A stretch of DNA of 64,000 bases from an uncultured Alphaproteobacteria bacterium (GTDB lineage: Bacteria > Pseudomonadota > Alphaproteobacteria > Methylaequorales > Methylaequoraceae). The position numbers and the translations under genes were made by a program. The notes below the pieces were generated by a model. It searched no databases. It saw only the letters and a program-made list of their open reading frames with translations, and was not told the DNA's origin. Positions 40,633 to 48,168 of the stretch are shown piece by piece (position 1 is the first letter of the stretch; every line of letters begins with the position of its first letter). The stretch is from positions 207,886 through 271,885 of the forward strand of contig CACEWP010000001.1 of assembly GCA_902563305.1 (NCBI GenBank). The letters run 5' to 3'.

Positions 40633-41436
40633 ATGGAACTTATAATATTTGCAAGATGTTTTAAGGGCATCGTTTTAAGAGAAGCTTTAAGATTTATTCA
40701 TCAGAAAGAACGCTTTTTTTCTGCTTTAGTTAGACCATTAGTTTGGTTAGGAATTTTTGCTGCTGGATTTAGATCCGTTCTAGGTGTTGCGATTATTCCT
40801 CCTTATGAAACTTATATTCCTTACGAGGTCTACATTGCTCCAGGGTTAATAGCTATGATTCAATTGTTTAATGGAATGCAAAGTTCTCTTTCCATGGTTT
40901 ATGACAGAGAAATGGGTAGTATGAAAACCATGCTGGTTAGTCCTATTCCTAGATGGTTCTTATTGATTTCAAAATTACTTGCTGGAGTTTTTGTTTCCAT
41001 ACTTCAAGTTTATGCCTTTTTATTAATAGCATCTATTTGGGATATCATCCCACCAATTTCTGGATACTTTACAATTCTTCCTGCTCTTATAGTGTCAGGT
41101 TTAATGCTTGGTTCTTTAGGGATGTTTCTATCTTCAGCAATAAAACAATTAGAAAATTTTGCTGGTGTTATGAATTTTGTTATTTTTCCAATGTTCTTTG
41201 CCTCATCTGCTTTATACCCATTATGGAAGATTGAAGAAACTAGCGAATGGTTGTATTATGTTTGTTTTTATAACCCATTTACTTACGCAGTTGAATCAAT
41301 CAGATTTTCTCTTTATTCTCAGGTTAATATAGAGTATACAATTGGTATTTTAGTTTTTACGTTAATATTTTTATTTTTATCAATTCTAGGATATGATCCT
41401 GCAAGGGGAAATTTACAGAAAAAGGGAGGAAAATAA
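40633..41436 (+). CDS. ABC-2 type permease (PedC/LutF-like)
   Basis: 267 aa with 6 TM segments and ABC-2 family features. It lies directly downstream of the ATPase. Confidence 0.85.
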   Translation: MELIIFARCFKGIVLREALRFIHQKERFFSALVRPLVWLGIFAAGFRSVLGVAIIPPYETYIPYEVYIAPGLIAMIQLFNGMQSSLSMVYDREMGSMKTMLVSPIPRWFLLISKLLAGVFVSILQVYAFLLIASIWDIIPPISGYFTILPALIVSGLMLGSLGMFLSSAIKQLENFAGVMNFVIFPMFFASSALYPLWKIEETSEWLYYVCFYNPFTYAVESIRFSLYSQVNIEYTIGILVFTLIFLFLSILGYDPARGNLQKKGGK

Positions 41437-41438
41437 TT

Positions 41439-41858
41439 ATGAAAAATTTTTTAGTTTCTTTATTTACAATTCTCTTAATAAGTCCTTTTGTTTATTCTAA
41501 GGGTGATCTTTCAATAAGATCAAAGAAACTTGAATTAAAACTCGGTTCTGACAAAAGTGATTACGATATGTCCCAAAAAATTTTTAAAATGGAAACCGGA
41601 AAAGCATACAGACTAGAGATATCAAGTATGGGTTTTAAAGAGTATGAATTGGAAGCAGAAGAGTTCTTCCGAAATATTTGGATACGTTCGATTGAGATTG
41701 AAGGTGTTGAATTAGATGCTCCAATTATCAACGAAATCGAATTTGAGAGGGAAGGTGAAATAGAAATAAAGTTTGTACCGATAAGACCTGGAGAATATGA
41801 TTTTGAAATTGAAAGATTACAAAACAAAGGGATGGTAGGAAAGTTTATAGTTGAATGA
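41439..41858 (+). CDS. Secreted, highly acidic cupredoxin-like protein lacking the Cys/His copper ligands
   Basis: It has a signal peptide (MKNFLVSLFTILLISPFVYS). The C-terminus PGEYDFEIERLQNKGMVGKFIV follows the cupredoxin pattern PGxYxFxC....H...GMxGxxxV, with Cys replaced by Glu and His replaced by Asn/Gln/Lys. I counted about 21 Glu and 6 Asp in a mature protein of about 119 aa. Its start is 3 nt after the permease stop. Confidence 0.55.
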   Translation: MKNFLVSLFTILLISPFVYSKGDLSIRSKKLELKLGSDKSDYDMSQKIFKMETGKAYRLEISSMGFKEYELEAEEFFRNIWIRSIEIEGVELDAPIINEIEFEREGEIEIKFVPIRPGEYDFEIERLQNKGMVGKFIVE

Positions 41859-41879
41859 TTTATTAACCTAGGAGGAAAA

Positions 41880-42533
41880 ATGAAAGTCTCAAATTATTTC
41901 AAAATTTTTTTATGCCTTATGATAGTTACTGTCATAAACTTTACAACAAGCGCTTTTTCACAGGAAAAGTCTCCAAAAAAGTGGCCATGTGACCAAGTTT
42001 ATAATCCAAAATTAAACTTAAGCGCGATTTGGCAGGGTCCGTCAATTGAAGATTCTCTTAAAGATTGGTGGAAACATGATGATGTAATTGAATATGTAAA
42101 TCTTCTTGCTGAACCAACTCTTAACGAGAAAGAAGGTACAGCAATTATAGAGGATTTTGCAAAAAAATATACATACTTGGGAGTTATTAAAAAAGCTGAA
42201 CAAAAAGATAAACTGGTTTTTCTATTTGCAGGTTTATATCAAAAGGCCAAGGAAAGAAGAGCAAGACAGTATAGAGGGATAGTAAAATTTGTTGATCGTC
42301 AAGAAAGTCTAAGAAAAGCAATTGGGGAATCATCTAAATTAATAAGAAAATATAGAAAAGAAAAGGTAGATATTAAAAGTCCAAAATTTATGGCTGCTAA
42401 TTCTCAACTAGAGTGGAATACTAGAGTTTTTGACCAAAGAACACGCTTGACCGAGTATGTATGCGAAGAACCAGTTTTTAATACTCAAAGATTAGGGTAT
42501 CAGGCTAGAAAAATACTAACTTATCTAAAGTAA
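41880..42533 (+). CDS. Secreted protein of unknown function (predicted helical, two Cys)
   Basis: It has a signal peptide ending SAFS/QE. I recognise no motif. It is co-directional with the preceding gene, 22 nt downstream, with SD AGGAGGAAAAATG. Confidence 0.5.
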   Translation: MKVSNYFKIFLCLMIVTVINFTTSAFSQEKSPKKWPCDQVYNPKLNLSAIWQGPSIEDSLKDWWKHDDVIEYVNLLAEPTLNEKEGTAIIEDFAKKYTYLGVIKKAEQKDKLVFLFAGLYQKAKERRARQYRGIVKFVDRQESLRKAIGESSKLIRKYRKEKVDIKSPKFMAANSQLEWNTRVFDQRTRLTEYVCEEPVFNTQRLGYQARKILTYLK

Positions 42534-42617
42534 ACTTTATATTTCTTTAAGATTTTAATGAATTTTAAATGAATAATAAAATCATTTTATTTTAATAAAA
42601 TTACAGTATATATATGA

Positions 42618-42634
42618 TAGCCCACGGTGGGCTA
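42618..42634 (+). promoter_or_regulatory. GC-rich perfect hairpin just upstream of the pqqA ribosome-binding site
   Basis: TAGCCCA-CGG-TGGGCTA is a 7-bp perfect stem and stands out in AT-rich DNA. It is 30 nt upstream of the pqqA ATG and follows TATATAT/TATGAT -10-like sequences. No U-run follows it. Confidence 0.45.
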
Positions 42635-42664
42635 ATTAATCTAAACCATAAAAAGGAGTAAATT

Positions 42665-42742
42665 ATGGCTTGGACAAAACCAATGATTTCTGAGATCTCT
42701 GTAGGTCTAGAAATCAATTCATACGCTTGCGCTGAGAAGTAA
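42665..42742 (+). CDS. pqqA: PQQ precursor peptide PqqA (too short for the ORF track)
   Basis: My own translation is MAWTKPMISEISVGLEINSYACAEK, with the conserved W-x-x-P and the E-x-x-x-Y cross-link motif (EINSY). SD AAGGAG lies 7 nt upstream. It is immediately 5' of pqqB. Confidence 0.9.
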   Translation: MAWTKPMISEISVGLEINSYACAEK

Positions 42743-42761
42743 TCTTAGCAATAGCAATTGC

Positions 42762-42789
42762 CCCCTTAAGTCTAATTAGATTTAAGGGG
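42762..42789 (+). promoter_or_regulatory. Stem-loop between pqqA and pqqB (transcript stabiliser or attenuator)
   Basis: CCCCTTAAG-(10 nt)-TTTAAGGGG forms a 9-bp stem including one G.U pair. It starts 20 nt after the pqqA stop and ends 19 nt before the pqqB ATG. No U-run follows, so it is not a canonical terminator. Confidence 0.5.
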
Positions 42790-42807
42790 AGCATTTGGTG
42801 TATATAT

Positions 42808-43740
42808 ATGTTAAAAGTTTTGATTTTAGGTTCAGCAGCTGGTGGAGGTTCTCCTCAGTGGAACTGTAATAGTTCTGTAAGCAGAGCGGTTAGAGAAGGC
42901 AAATCGGGAACATCTCCAAGAACACAATCATCTATTGCTGTTACTTCAAATGATGAAGAATGGATTTTATTTAATGCATCACCTGATCTTGGTTCACAAA
43001 TTCTCAAAAATCACCAAATGCACCCAAAAAAAGATTTAAGACATAGTCCAATTAGCGGAGTGGTTTTGACCAATGGTGATGTTGACCACGTAGCAGGACT
43101 TCTTACTTTAAGGGAAAGACAGAATTTATCTGTGTATGCTCACAATAGAGTTCATTCTGTTTTAAAGGATAATTCTATATTTAATGTTTTAAACCCTGAT
43201 TATGTTGAAAGAAGAGAGTTGCGAATGAATGAGAAATTTGAATTAAAAGATAAAGAGGGTAAGGGGTTAGGTTTAGAGATTGAAGCATTCGAAGTTCCTG
43301 GAAAAATTGCTTTGTGGTTAGAAGATGAATCTAAAGGAGATGACTTTGGCTCTGAGGATGGTGATACCATTGGTTTGAAAATTTGTTCTAAAAATGATAA
43401 TGAATTTTTCTATTATATTCCAGCCTGTGCCAAGATGACAAAGAAATTAGCTGATAAAATAAGGGATTCAGAGGTTGTATTATTTGATGGAACATTATGG
43501 CAAAATGACGAGATGGCTTCTAGTAAAGTTGGAGAAAAAACAGGACAAAGAATGGGACATATGAACAACTCTGGAGATGATGGATCTATTGAAGCATTTA
43601 AAAAATTAAATGTAAAAAGGAAAATTTTTATACATATTAATACTACCAACCCAATTCTTCTTGAAGATTCGAGAGAGAGAAAAATTGTTGAACAGAATGG
43701 TTGGGAGGTTAGTTACGATGGAATGGAGATAAAAATATGA
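42808..43740 (+). CDS. pqqB: PQQ biosynthesis protein B (metallo-beta-lactamase fold)
   Basis: The N-terminus LILGSAAGGGSPQWNC and the HVAG motif region are present. Length is 310 aa. Confidence 0.95.
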   Translation: MLKVLILGSAAGGGSPQWNCNSSVSRAVREGKSGTSPRTQSSIAVTSNDEEWILFNASPDLGSQILKNHQMHPKKDLRHSPISGVVLTNGDVDHVAGLLTLRERQNLSVYAHNRVHSVLKDNSIFNVLNPDYVERRELRMNEKFELKDKEGKGLGLEIEAFEVPGKIALWLEDESKGDDFGSEDGDTIGLKICSKNDNEFFYYIPACAKMTKKLADKIRDSEVVLFDGTLWQNDEMASSKVGEKTGQRMGHMNNSGDDGSIEAFKKLNVKRKIFIHINTTNPILLEDSRERKIVEQNGWEVSYDGMEIKI

Positions 43741-44522
43741 ATAACATTGCTCGAAAAGAATTAGATAATGATATGTTGATGACGAAAAACGAGTTTGAAC
43801 ACAGGTTAAGAGAAATTGGAAACGAGAGATATCATGATAATTGTAGATTTCATCATCTCCTACATAGCGGTAAGCTTAACAGAGGACAGGTACAGGCTTG
43901 GGCAATTAACAGATATTATTATCAAATAAACATATCAATTAAAGATTCGGCTCTTATGTCTAGAATTAAAGATCCTTCACTACGAAGAGTTTGGATAAAA
44001 AGAATTTTGGATCATGACGGAAGAAAAGGAGACGAGGGAGGTATTGAACGTTGGTATAAACTAACGGACGGGTTGGATTTAGATAGAAATTATGTGAAGT
44101 CAACAGATGGAGTCTTACCTGCAACTAAATTTGCTGTAGATGCGTATGTCACATTTGTCAGAGAAAAATCGCTTTTAGAAGGAGTTACCTCCTCTCTCAC
44201 AGAACTCTTTGCACCAAAAATCCATAAAGAGAGAATAGTAGGTATGCTTGAAAACTATGACTTTATAAATGATATAACAATGGCTTATTTCAAAAAAAGA
44301 GTTGATCAGGCTACTGACGACGCCGATTTTGTGTTAGACTATGCAATCAAGAATGCAAAAACAAGAGAGGAACAAAATTCTGTGTGTGATGCATTGAAAT
44401 TTAAAACGGATGTTTTGTGGGTAATGCAAGACGCATTATATCACTCGTACGTAAATGGTCATGTTCCTCCAGGGGCATTCTTGCCAGAGGATTTTGATGA
44501 CAGATATACTGAAGATAAATGA
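43737..44522 (+). CDS. pqqC: Pyrroloquinoline-quinone synthase
   Basis: 261 aa with the typical RYHDNCRFHHLLHSGKLNRGQVQAWAINRYYYQ region. Confidence 0.95.
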   Translation: MNNIARKELDNDMLMTKNEFEHRLREIGNERYHDNCRFHHLLHSGKLNRGQVQAWAINRYYYQINISIKDSALMSRIKDPSLRRVWIKRILDHDGRKGDEGGIERWYKLTDGLDLDRNYVKSTDGVLPATKFAVDAYVTFVREKSLLEGVTSSLTELFAPKIHKERIVGMLENYDFINDITMAYFKKRVDQATDDADFVLDYAIKNAKTREEQNSVCDALKFKTDVLWVMQDALYHSYVNGHVPPGAFLPEDFDDRYTEDK

Positions 44523-44784
44523 AAATGTTAAACCTAAATTTCCAAAACACGTTAAATTTAGGCATAACAAAGCCAGAGATGAATGGGTTATTCTTGCACC
44601 TGAGAGACTTGTTAAACTGGATGATATTGCAGTTGAAATCCTCAAGTTGGTTGATGGGAAAGTCTCAGTCGAAGATATTTCCATTGAATTATCCAAAAAA
44701 TTTAATGCTCCAAAAGAGGTTATAATGAGTGATGTTATAAATATGTTACAAGAGCTATCAGATAAAGGATTTATTGAAGAATGA
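44497..44784 (+). CDS. pqqD: PqqA-binding chaperone PqqD
   Basis: It contains the PqqD/RRE-like sequence DEWVILAPERLVKLDDIAVEILKLVDGKVSVEDI. The start was set at the internal Met (MTDILK...), which gives a 26-nt overlap with pqqC. The exact start is uncertain. Confidence 0.85.
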   Translation: MTDILKINENVKPKFPKHVKFRHNKARDEWVILAPERLVKLDDIAVEILKLVDGKVSVEDISIELSKKFNAPKEVIMSDVINMLQELSDKGFIEE

Positions 44785-45938
44785 AGAGCGATAATATAAC
44801 TTCCAAGGGAGGCAATTTGAAAACAGCTTCACAGCATGGTATTCAAGCACCTCTTGCTCTTTTAGCAGAGTTATCTCACAGATGTCCACTTCAATGTCCG
44901 TATTGCTCAAATCCAGTGCAATTAGAAAAAAAAACAGGAGAGTTAACAACAGATGAATGGAGGTCAGTGATTGATCAAGCTGTAGAGATGGGCATGCATC
45001 AAATCCATCTATCTGGAGGAGAGCCAACCGTTAGACACGATTTAGAGGAGATTGTTGAGCATTGTACAAAAAAAGGTCTCTATACAAATTTAATTACATC
45101 TGGAGTTTTGTTAAATCCAGACAGACTGAAGAAATTAGAAAAACTAGGTTTAGAGCATGTTCAACTTTCATTTCAAGACACCGAAAAAGAAAATGCAGAT
45201 AGGATTGGTGGATATAAGGGGGGGCATGAGAAGAAATTAGAAGTAGCTAAATGGGTTAGAGATGTTGAATTGCCACTTACCTGCAATTGTGTGGTTCATA
45301 GGCAAAATATTGACAACCTTGAAAATTTTATTCAAATGGCACTTGACCTTGATGCAGAAAGGGTCGAGATAGCACAAGTTCAATATTACGGATGGGCTTT
45401 AAAGAATAGAGCAGCATTCATTCCAACACCAGAACAACTTGATCATGCAACAGAGATTGTAGAAAAGGCAAGAGTCGATTTAAAGGGTAAGCTTGTTATT
45501 GACTATGTTATTCCTGATTACTACGCCAAGCATCCTAAAAATTGTATGGGCGGTTGGGGCAGAAGATTTTTGAATATGAATCCAAAGGGAGATGTGTTAC
45601 CTTGTCATGCTGCAGAAACAATACCACATCTTAAATTTGATAATGTAAGGGAACGAAGCTTAAAATGGATTTGGGAAAACTCTGAAGCATTTAATTTATA
45701 CAGAGGAACCGATTGGATGCCTGATCCATGTAAATCCTGTGATAGAAAAGAAATAGATTGGGGAGGTTGTAGATGTCAGGCAATGGCATTAACTGGTGAT
45801 GCTAAAAACACAGATCCAGCATGTTCAATATCTCCACTTCACAGTGAAATTTTTTCAATGGCTGCAGATGAGGCAAGAAGGGCTCCTCCAGAGTTTATTT
45901 ACAGAAGATATGGTGTTAGATTTAATTCACCTGTTTGA
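44781..45938 (+). CDS. pqqE: Radical SAM/SPASM enzyme PqqE
   Basis: It has the CPLQCPYC radical-SAM cluster motif and C-terminal SPASM cysteines (CKSCDRKEIDWGGCRC). Length is 385 aa. Confidence 0.95.
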   Translation: MKSDNITSKGGNLKTASQHGIQAPLALLAELSHRCPLQCPYCSNPVQLEKKTGELTTDEWRSVIDQAVEMGMHQIHLSGGEPTVRHDLEEIVEHCTKKGLYTNLITSGVLLNPDRLKKLEKLGLEHVQLSFQDTEKENADRIGGYKGGHEKKLEVAKWVRDVELPLTCNCVVHRQNIDNLENFIQMALDLDAERVEIAQVQYYGWALKNRAAFIPTPEQLDHATEIVEKARVDLKGKLVIDYVIPDYYAKHPKNCMGGWGRRFLNMNPKGDVLPCHAAETIPHLKFDNVRERSLKWIWENSEAFNLYRGTDWMPDPCKSCDRKEIDWGGCRCQAMALTGDAKNTDPACSISPLHSEIFSMAADEARRAPPEFIYRRYGVRFNSPV

Positions 45939-46043
45939 AGAATATATAGATTAAATTTGATTGATAGGCATTATCAATTGTGATTGACAAATCATTATTT
46001 AATAACTAAGTATAATAAATTAAATTTAATAAAAGGACATAAA

Positions 46044-46475
46044 ATGAAAAAAATTTTTTTAACTCTGTTATTTGTATTATTTTCAGGAAGCGCATTTTCA
46101 GCTGATGTTACAATAAAAATGCTTAATAAAAACAAAGAGACAAAAAAAAGAATGGTTTATAGCCAAGAACTAGTTAAAATTGATGCTGGAAAGTCCATTG
46201 AATGGGTTGCAACAGATAAAGGACATAACGTTGAAATGCTTGCTGGTCCAGATGGATATGAACTTCCAAAGAAGACTAAACTCGGTGATAACGTTACTAT
46301 TAAATTTTCAGTTCCTGGAATTTATCTTTATCAATGTTCTCCTCATGCTGCTATGGGTATGATAGGTTTGGTTGTAGTAGGGGGTGATACTTCTAACATG
46401 GAAGTAATAAAAAAGAAAAAACTGACAGGTAGTAAATCAAAAAAGAAAAGAGATAAATTACTTAGTGAAATTTAA
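46044..46475 (+). CDS. Pseudoazurin (type 1 blue copper protein)
   Basis: It has the signal peptide MKKIFLTLLFVLFSGSAFSA. The copper ligands are in pseudoazurin spacing: GHNVE ... YQCSPHAAMGMIG (His, Cys, His, Met). The start was moved from the TTG at 45984 to the ATG with SD AAAAGGA. Confidence 0.85.
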   Translation: MKKIFLTLLFVLFSGSAFSADVTIKMLNKNKETKKRMVYSQELVKIDAGKSIEWVATDKGHNVEMLAGPDGYELPKKTKLGDNVTIKFSVPGIYLYQCSPHAAMGMIGLVVVGGDTSNMEVIKKKKLTGSKSKKKRDKLLSEI

Positions 46476-46500
46476 TTTTAATTTATTAAAAATATTTTAA

Positions 46501-46534
46501 AGCTCAATTAATTTTTAATTGGGCTTTTTTTTTA
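46501..46534 (+). terminator. Rho-independent terminator after pseudoazurin, between convergent genes
   Basis: AGCTCAATT-(7 nt)-AATTGGGCT forms a 9-bp stem with one G.U pair, followed by a run of 9 T. Confidence 0.7.
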
Positions 46535-46537
46535 AAT

Positions 46538-47413
46538 TTATTTAACTGGAGCTCGACCTTTTATTAGAGCGTCGGTGGTACTATCGATTTTTTTTCGCTT
46601 CCCAGGTCGGAGTGTTAATGTTGGAATACTGTGCTTGACTAATATTTTATCAATTTCTTTTTGATTTTCTTTAATAAATTTATTAAGTTTTTTTTTCCAA
46701 TCAGTTTCACCGTCTCTTACTCCCATTGTTGTGTAATAGTCCATCCTTCCCCAACCTTGATCTGTTGTTTCTAGTGGGATAAATGTATAATTACTTTCAT
46801 CAAGCCCTTTTTTTTTAAGGTAATAGACTGCTATTGGACCTGACATGAAAACGATATCTACCAAACCATCCATTAAGTCCTCTATCATTGATTCACCTAT
46901 TACAGCTTTCCTAGGGTCAAAAGTAAGGTTGTAAGGCCTAACTCTACTCATAAGATTATAGCGTTGAAGAACAAAAGTTGGAGGTGTTCCGGCTTGCACG
47001 CCAATACTTAGGTTTGCGAGCTGAGGATGATCTGGTCTATCAACGTCTATACCATTATCTTTTAAAAATATCATTCCATATGACCACCTCATGTATGGAA
47101 CGGTATTTAAAACTAATTCATTGCCAGCGGTAATACCAATAATGATGTCGCACTTTTTCTTATTGAGGGTATTTCTGACATAACCTATGACTTGAGGAAA
47201 AAATTCATATACAACAGGTATATTAAGCTTTTTACCCAAAAGTTCAGCTATATCATTCTCGAAACCTTCACCATCTTCGTTTGAGAAAGGTAGGTTTGAG
47301 GGATCTGCGCAGACGCGTAAATTTTTGGTGTCAACAGCTTCAATAGCAGATTCTCTTGCATTGGCTTCTATATTTAAAACCAAAGCAAGGGTTATAACAA
47401 ATTTAAAGAGCAT
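46538..47413 (-). CDS. xoxJ: Periplasmic binding-protein-like XoxJ/MoxJ
   Basis: 291 aa with a signal peptide and a family-3 binding-protein fold pattern (LRVCADPSNLPFSNE). It is third in the xoxF-xoxG-xoxJ order. Confidence 0.85.
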   Translation of the reverse strand: MLFKFVITLALVLNIEANARESAIEAVDTKNLRVCADPSNLPFSNEDGEGFENDIAELLGKKLNIPVVYEFFPQVIGYVRNTLNKKKCDIIIGITAGNELVLNTVPYMRWSYGMIFLKDNGIDVDRPDHPQLANLSIGVQAGTPPTFVLQRYNLMSRVRPYNLTFDPRKAVIGESMIEDLMDGLVDIVFMSGPIAVYYLKKKGLDESNYTFIPLETTDQGWGRMDYYTTMGVRDGETDWKKKLNKFIKENQKEIDKILVKHSIPTLTLRPGKRKKIDSTTDALIKGRAPVK

Positions 47414-47432
47414 TATAATTTAAATATTATTA

Positions 47433-48047
47433 TTATTCTGCTTCTTTAAATTTTGGAAGTTTTGGGAGTCTTACTCCTCTTCTGATTTTACCTTCAGCCC
47501 TCGCCTTAACATATCGATACATGTCTTCAACGTGAGGAGCAACGTTTGTATTAGCTCCAAAGGCTGGCATAACATTACCTTTTTGAGCACCTTCTGCTTC
47601 ACCTCTTCCATTCATTATTACATTGAAAAAATCATCATAAGATAAACCTTCTTGAAGAGATACCATTAGTGATGGGGCGTATGTACTCCCCATTGCATCT
47701 GGTCCGTGACAAACATGACATTCCGCATGATAGGCTCTCCACCCTTTGTAGGTAGCGAAATCCATCCAACCATATTGCATTTCTACTAGGCTGTCATCAC
47801 CTCTACATTCTTCAAGATCTTCTTCGGATACCATGTCAACAGCTTTTCCCTTGCAATTGATTTGGATAAGGTTTAGGGGTGTACCATCTTCTTTCAAACG
47901 ATCACCTTTACCATATTTTATAACATATGTTGGGTTATCATCTTTGTCGAAAGCAGGTTCAACTGCTTCTGGAGTAGGAATAGCTTTTGCACTAAATCCG
48001 ACTACAAGAGAAGCTATTAGAGCATATTTGTTAAGTTTAAAGTTCAT
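47433..48047 (-). CDS. xoxG: Cytochrome c (cL-type) electron acceptor XoxG
   Basis: It has a signal peptide and a single heme motif CHVCHG. Length is 204 aa. It lies directly downstream of xoxF. Confidence 0.85.
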   Translation of the reverse strand: MNFKLNKYALIASLVVGFSAKAIPTPEAVEPAFDKDDNPTYVIKYGKGDRLKEDGTPLNLIQINCKGKAVDMVSEEDLEECRGDDSLVEMQYGWMDFATYKGWRAYHAECHVCHGPDAMGSTYAPSLMVSLQEGLSYDDFFNVIMNGRGEAEGAQKGNVMPAFGANTNVAPHVEDMYRYVKARAEGKIRRGVRLPKLPKFKEAE

Positions 48048-48099
48048 GTTTCAAAATCCTAATTAATCATTAAAAAAATATCTATTATTTATATTGTAA

Positions 48100-48108
48100 A
48101 TTATACCA
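48100..48108 (-). promoter_or_regulatory. Candidate extended -10 promoter element for xoxG-xoxJ
   Basis: The minus strand reads TGGTATAAT (TGn + TATAAT). It lies between the xoxF terminator and the xoxG ATG, about 50 nt upstream of that ATG. TATAAT-like strings are common in AT-rich DNA, so this call is weak. Confidence 0.35.
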
Positions 48109-48138
48109 AAATCTCAAGAAATTTAAAAAATTTTTTTC

Positions 48139-48168
48139 AAAAAAAAAGCCCGACAAAAAAGCCGGGCT
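48139..48168 (-). terminator. Rho-independent terminator directly after xoxF
   Basis: The minus strand reads AGCCCGGC-UUUUUU-GUCGGGCU followed by 8 U. This is an 8-bp GC-rich stem in which one position pairs as G.U only on the minus strand. It starts 24 nt after the xoxF stop. Confidence 0.8.

Noticed and set aside
44519-44725. An alternative-frame 68-aa ORF inside pqqD.
   Set aside because: The pqqD frame gives the conserved PqqD sequence, and the alternative frame gives nothing recognisable.
45984-46043. A TTG-initiated 20-codon extension of the pseudoazurin ORF, plus nearby TTGACA (45984) and TATAAT (46011) hexamers and a TTGATA-N5-TATCAA inverted repeat (45961-45977).
   Set aside because: The ATG at 46044 has an SD and starts the signal peptide. 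The two perfect promoter hexamers are 21 nt apart, which is too far for a standard sigma-70 promoter. The short AT-rich palindrome is expected by chance in this composition, so I do not call a promoter or operator.
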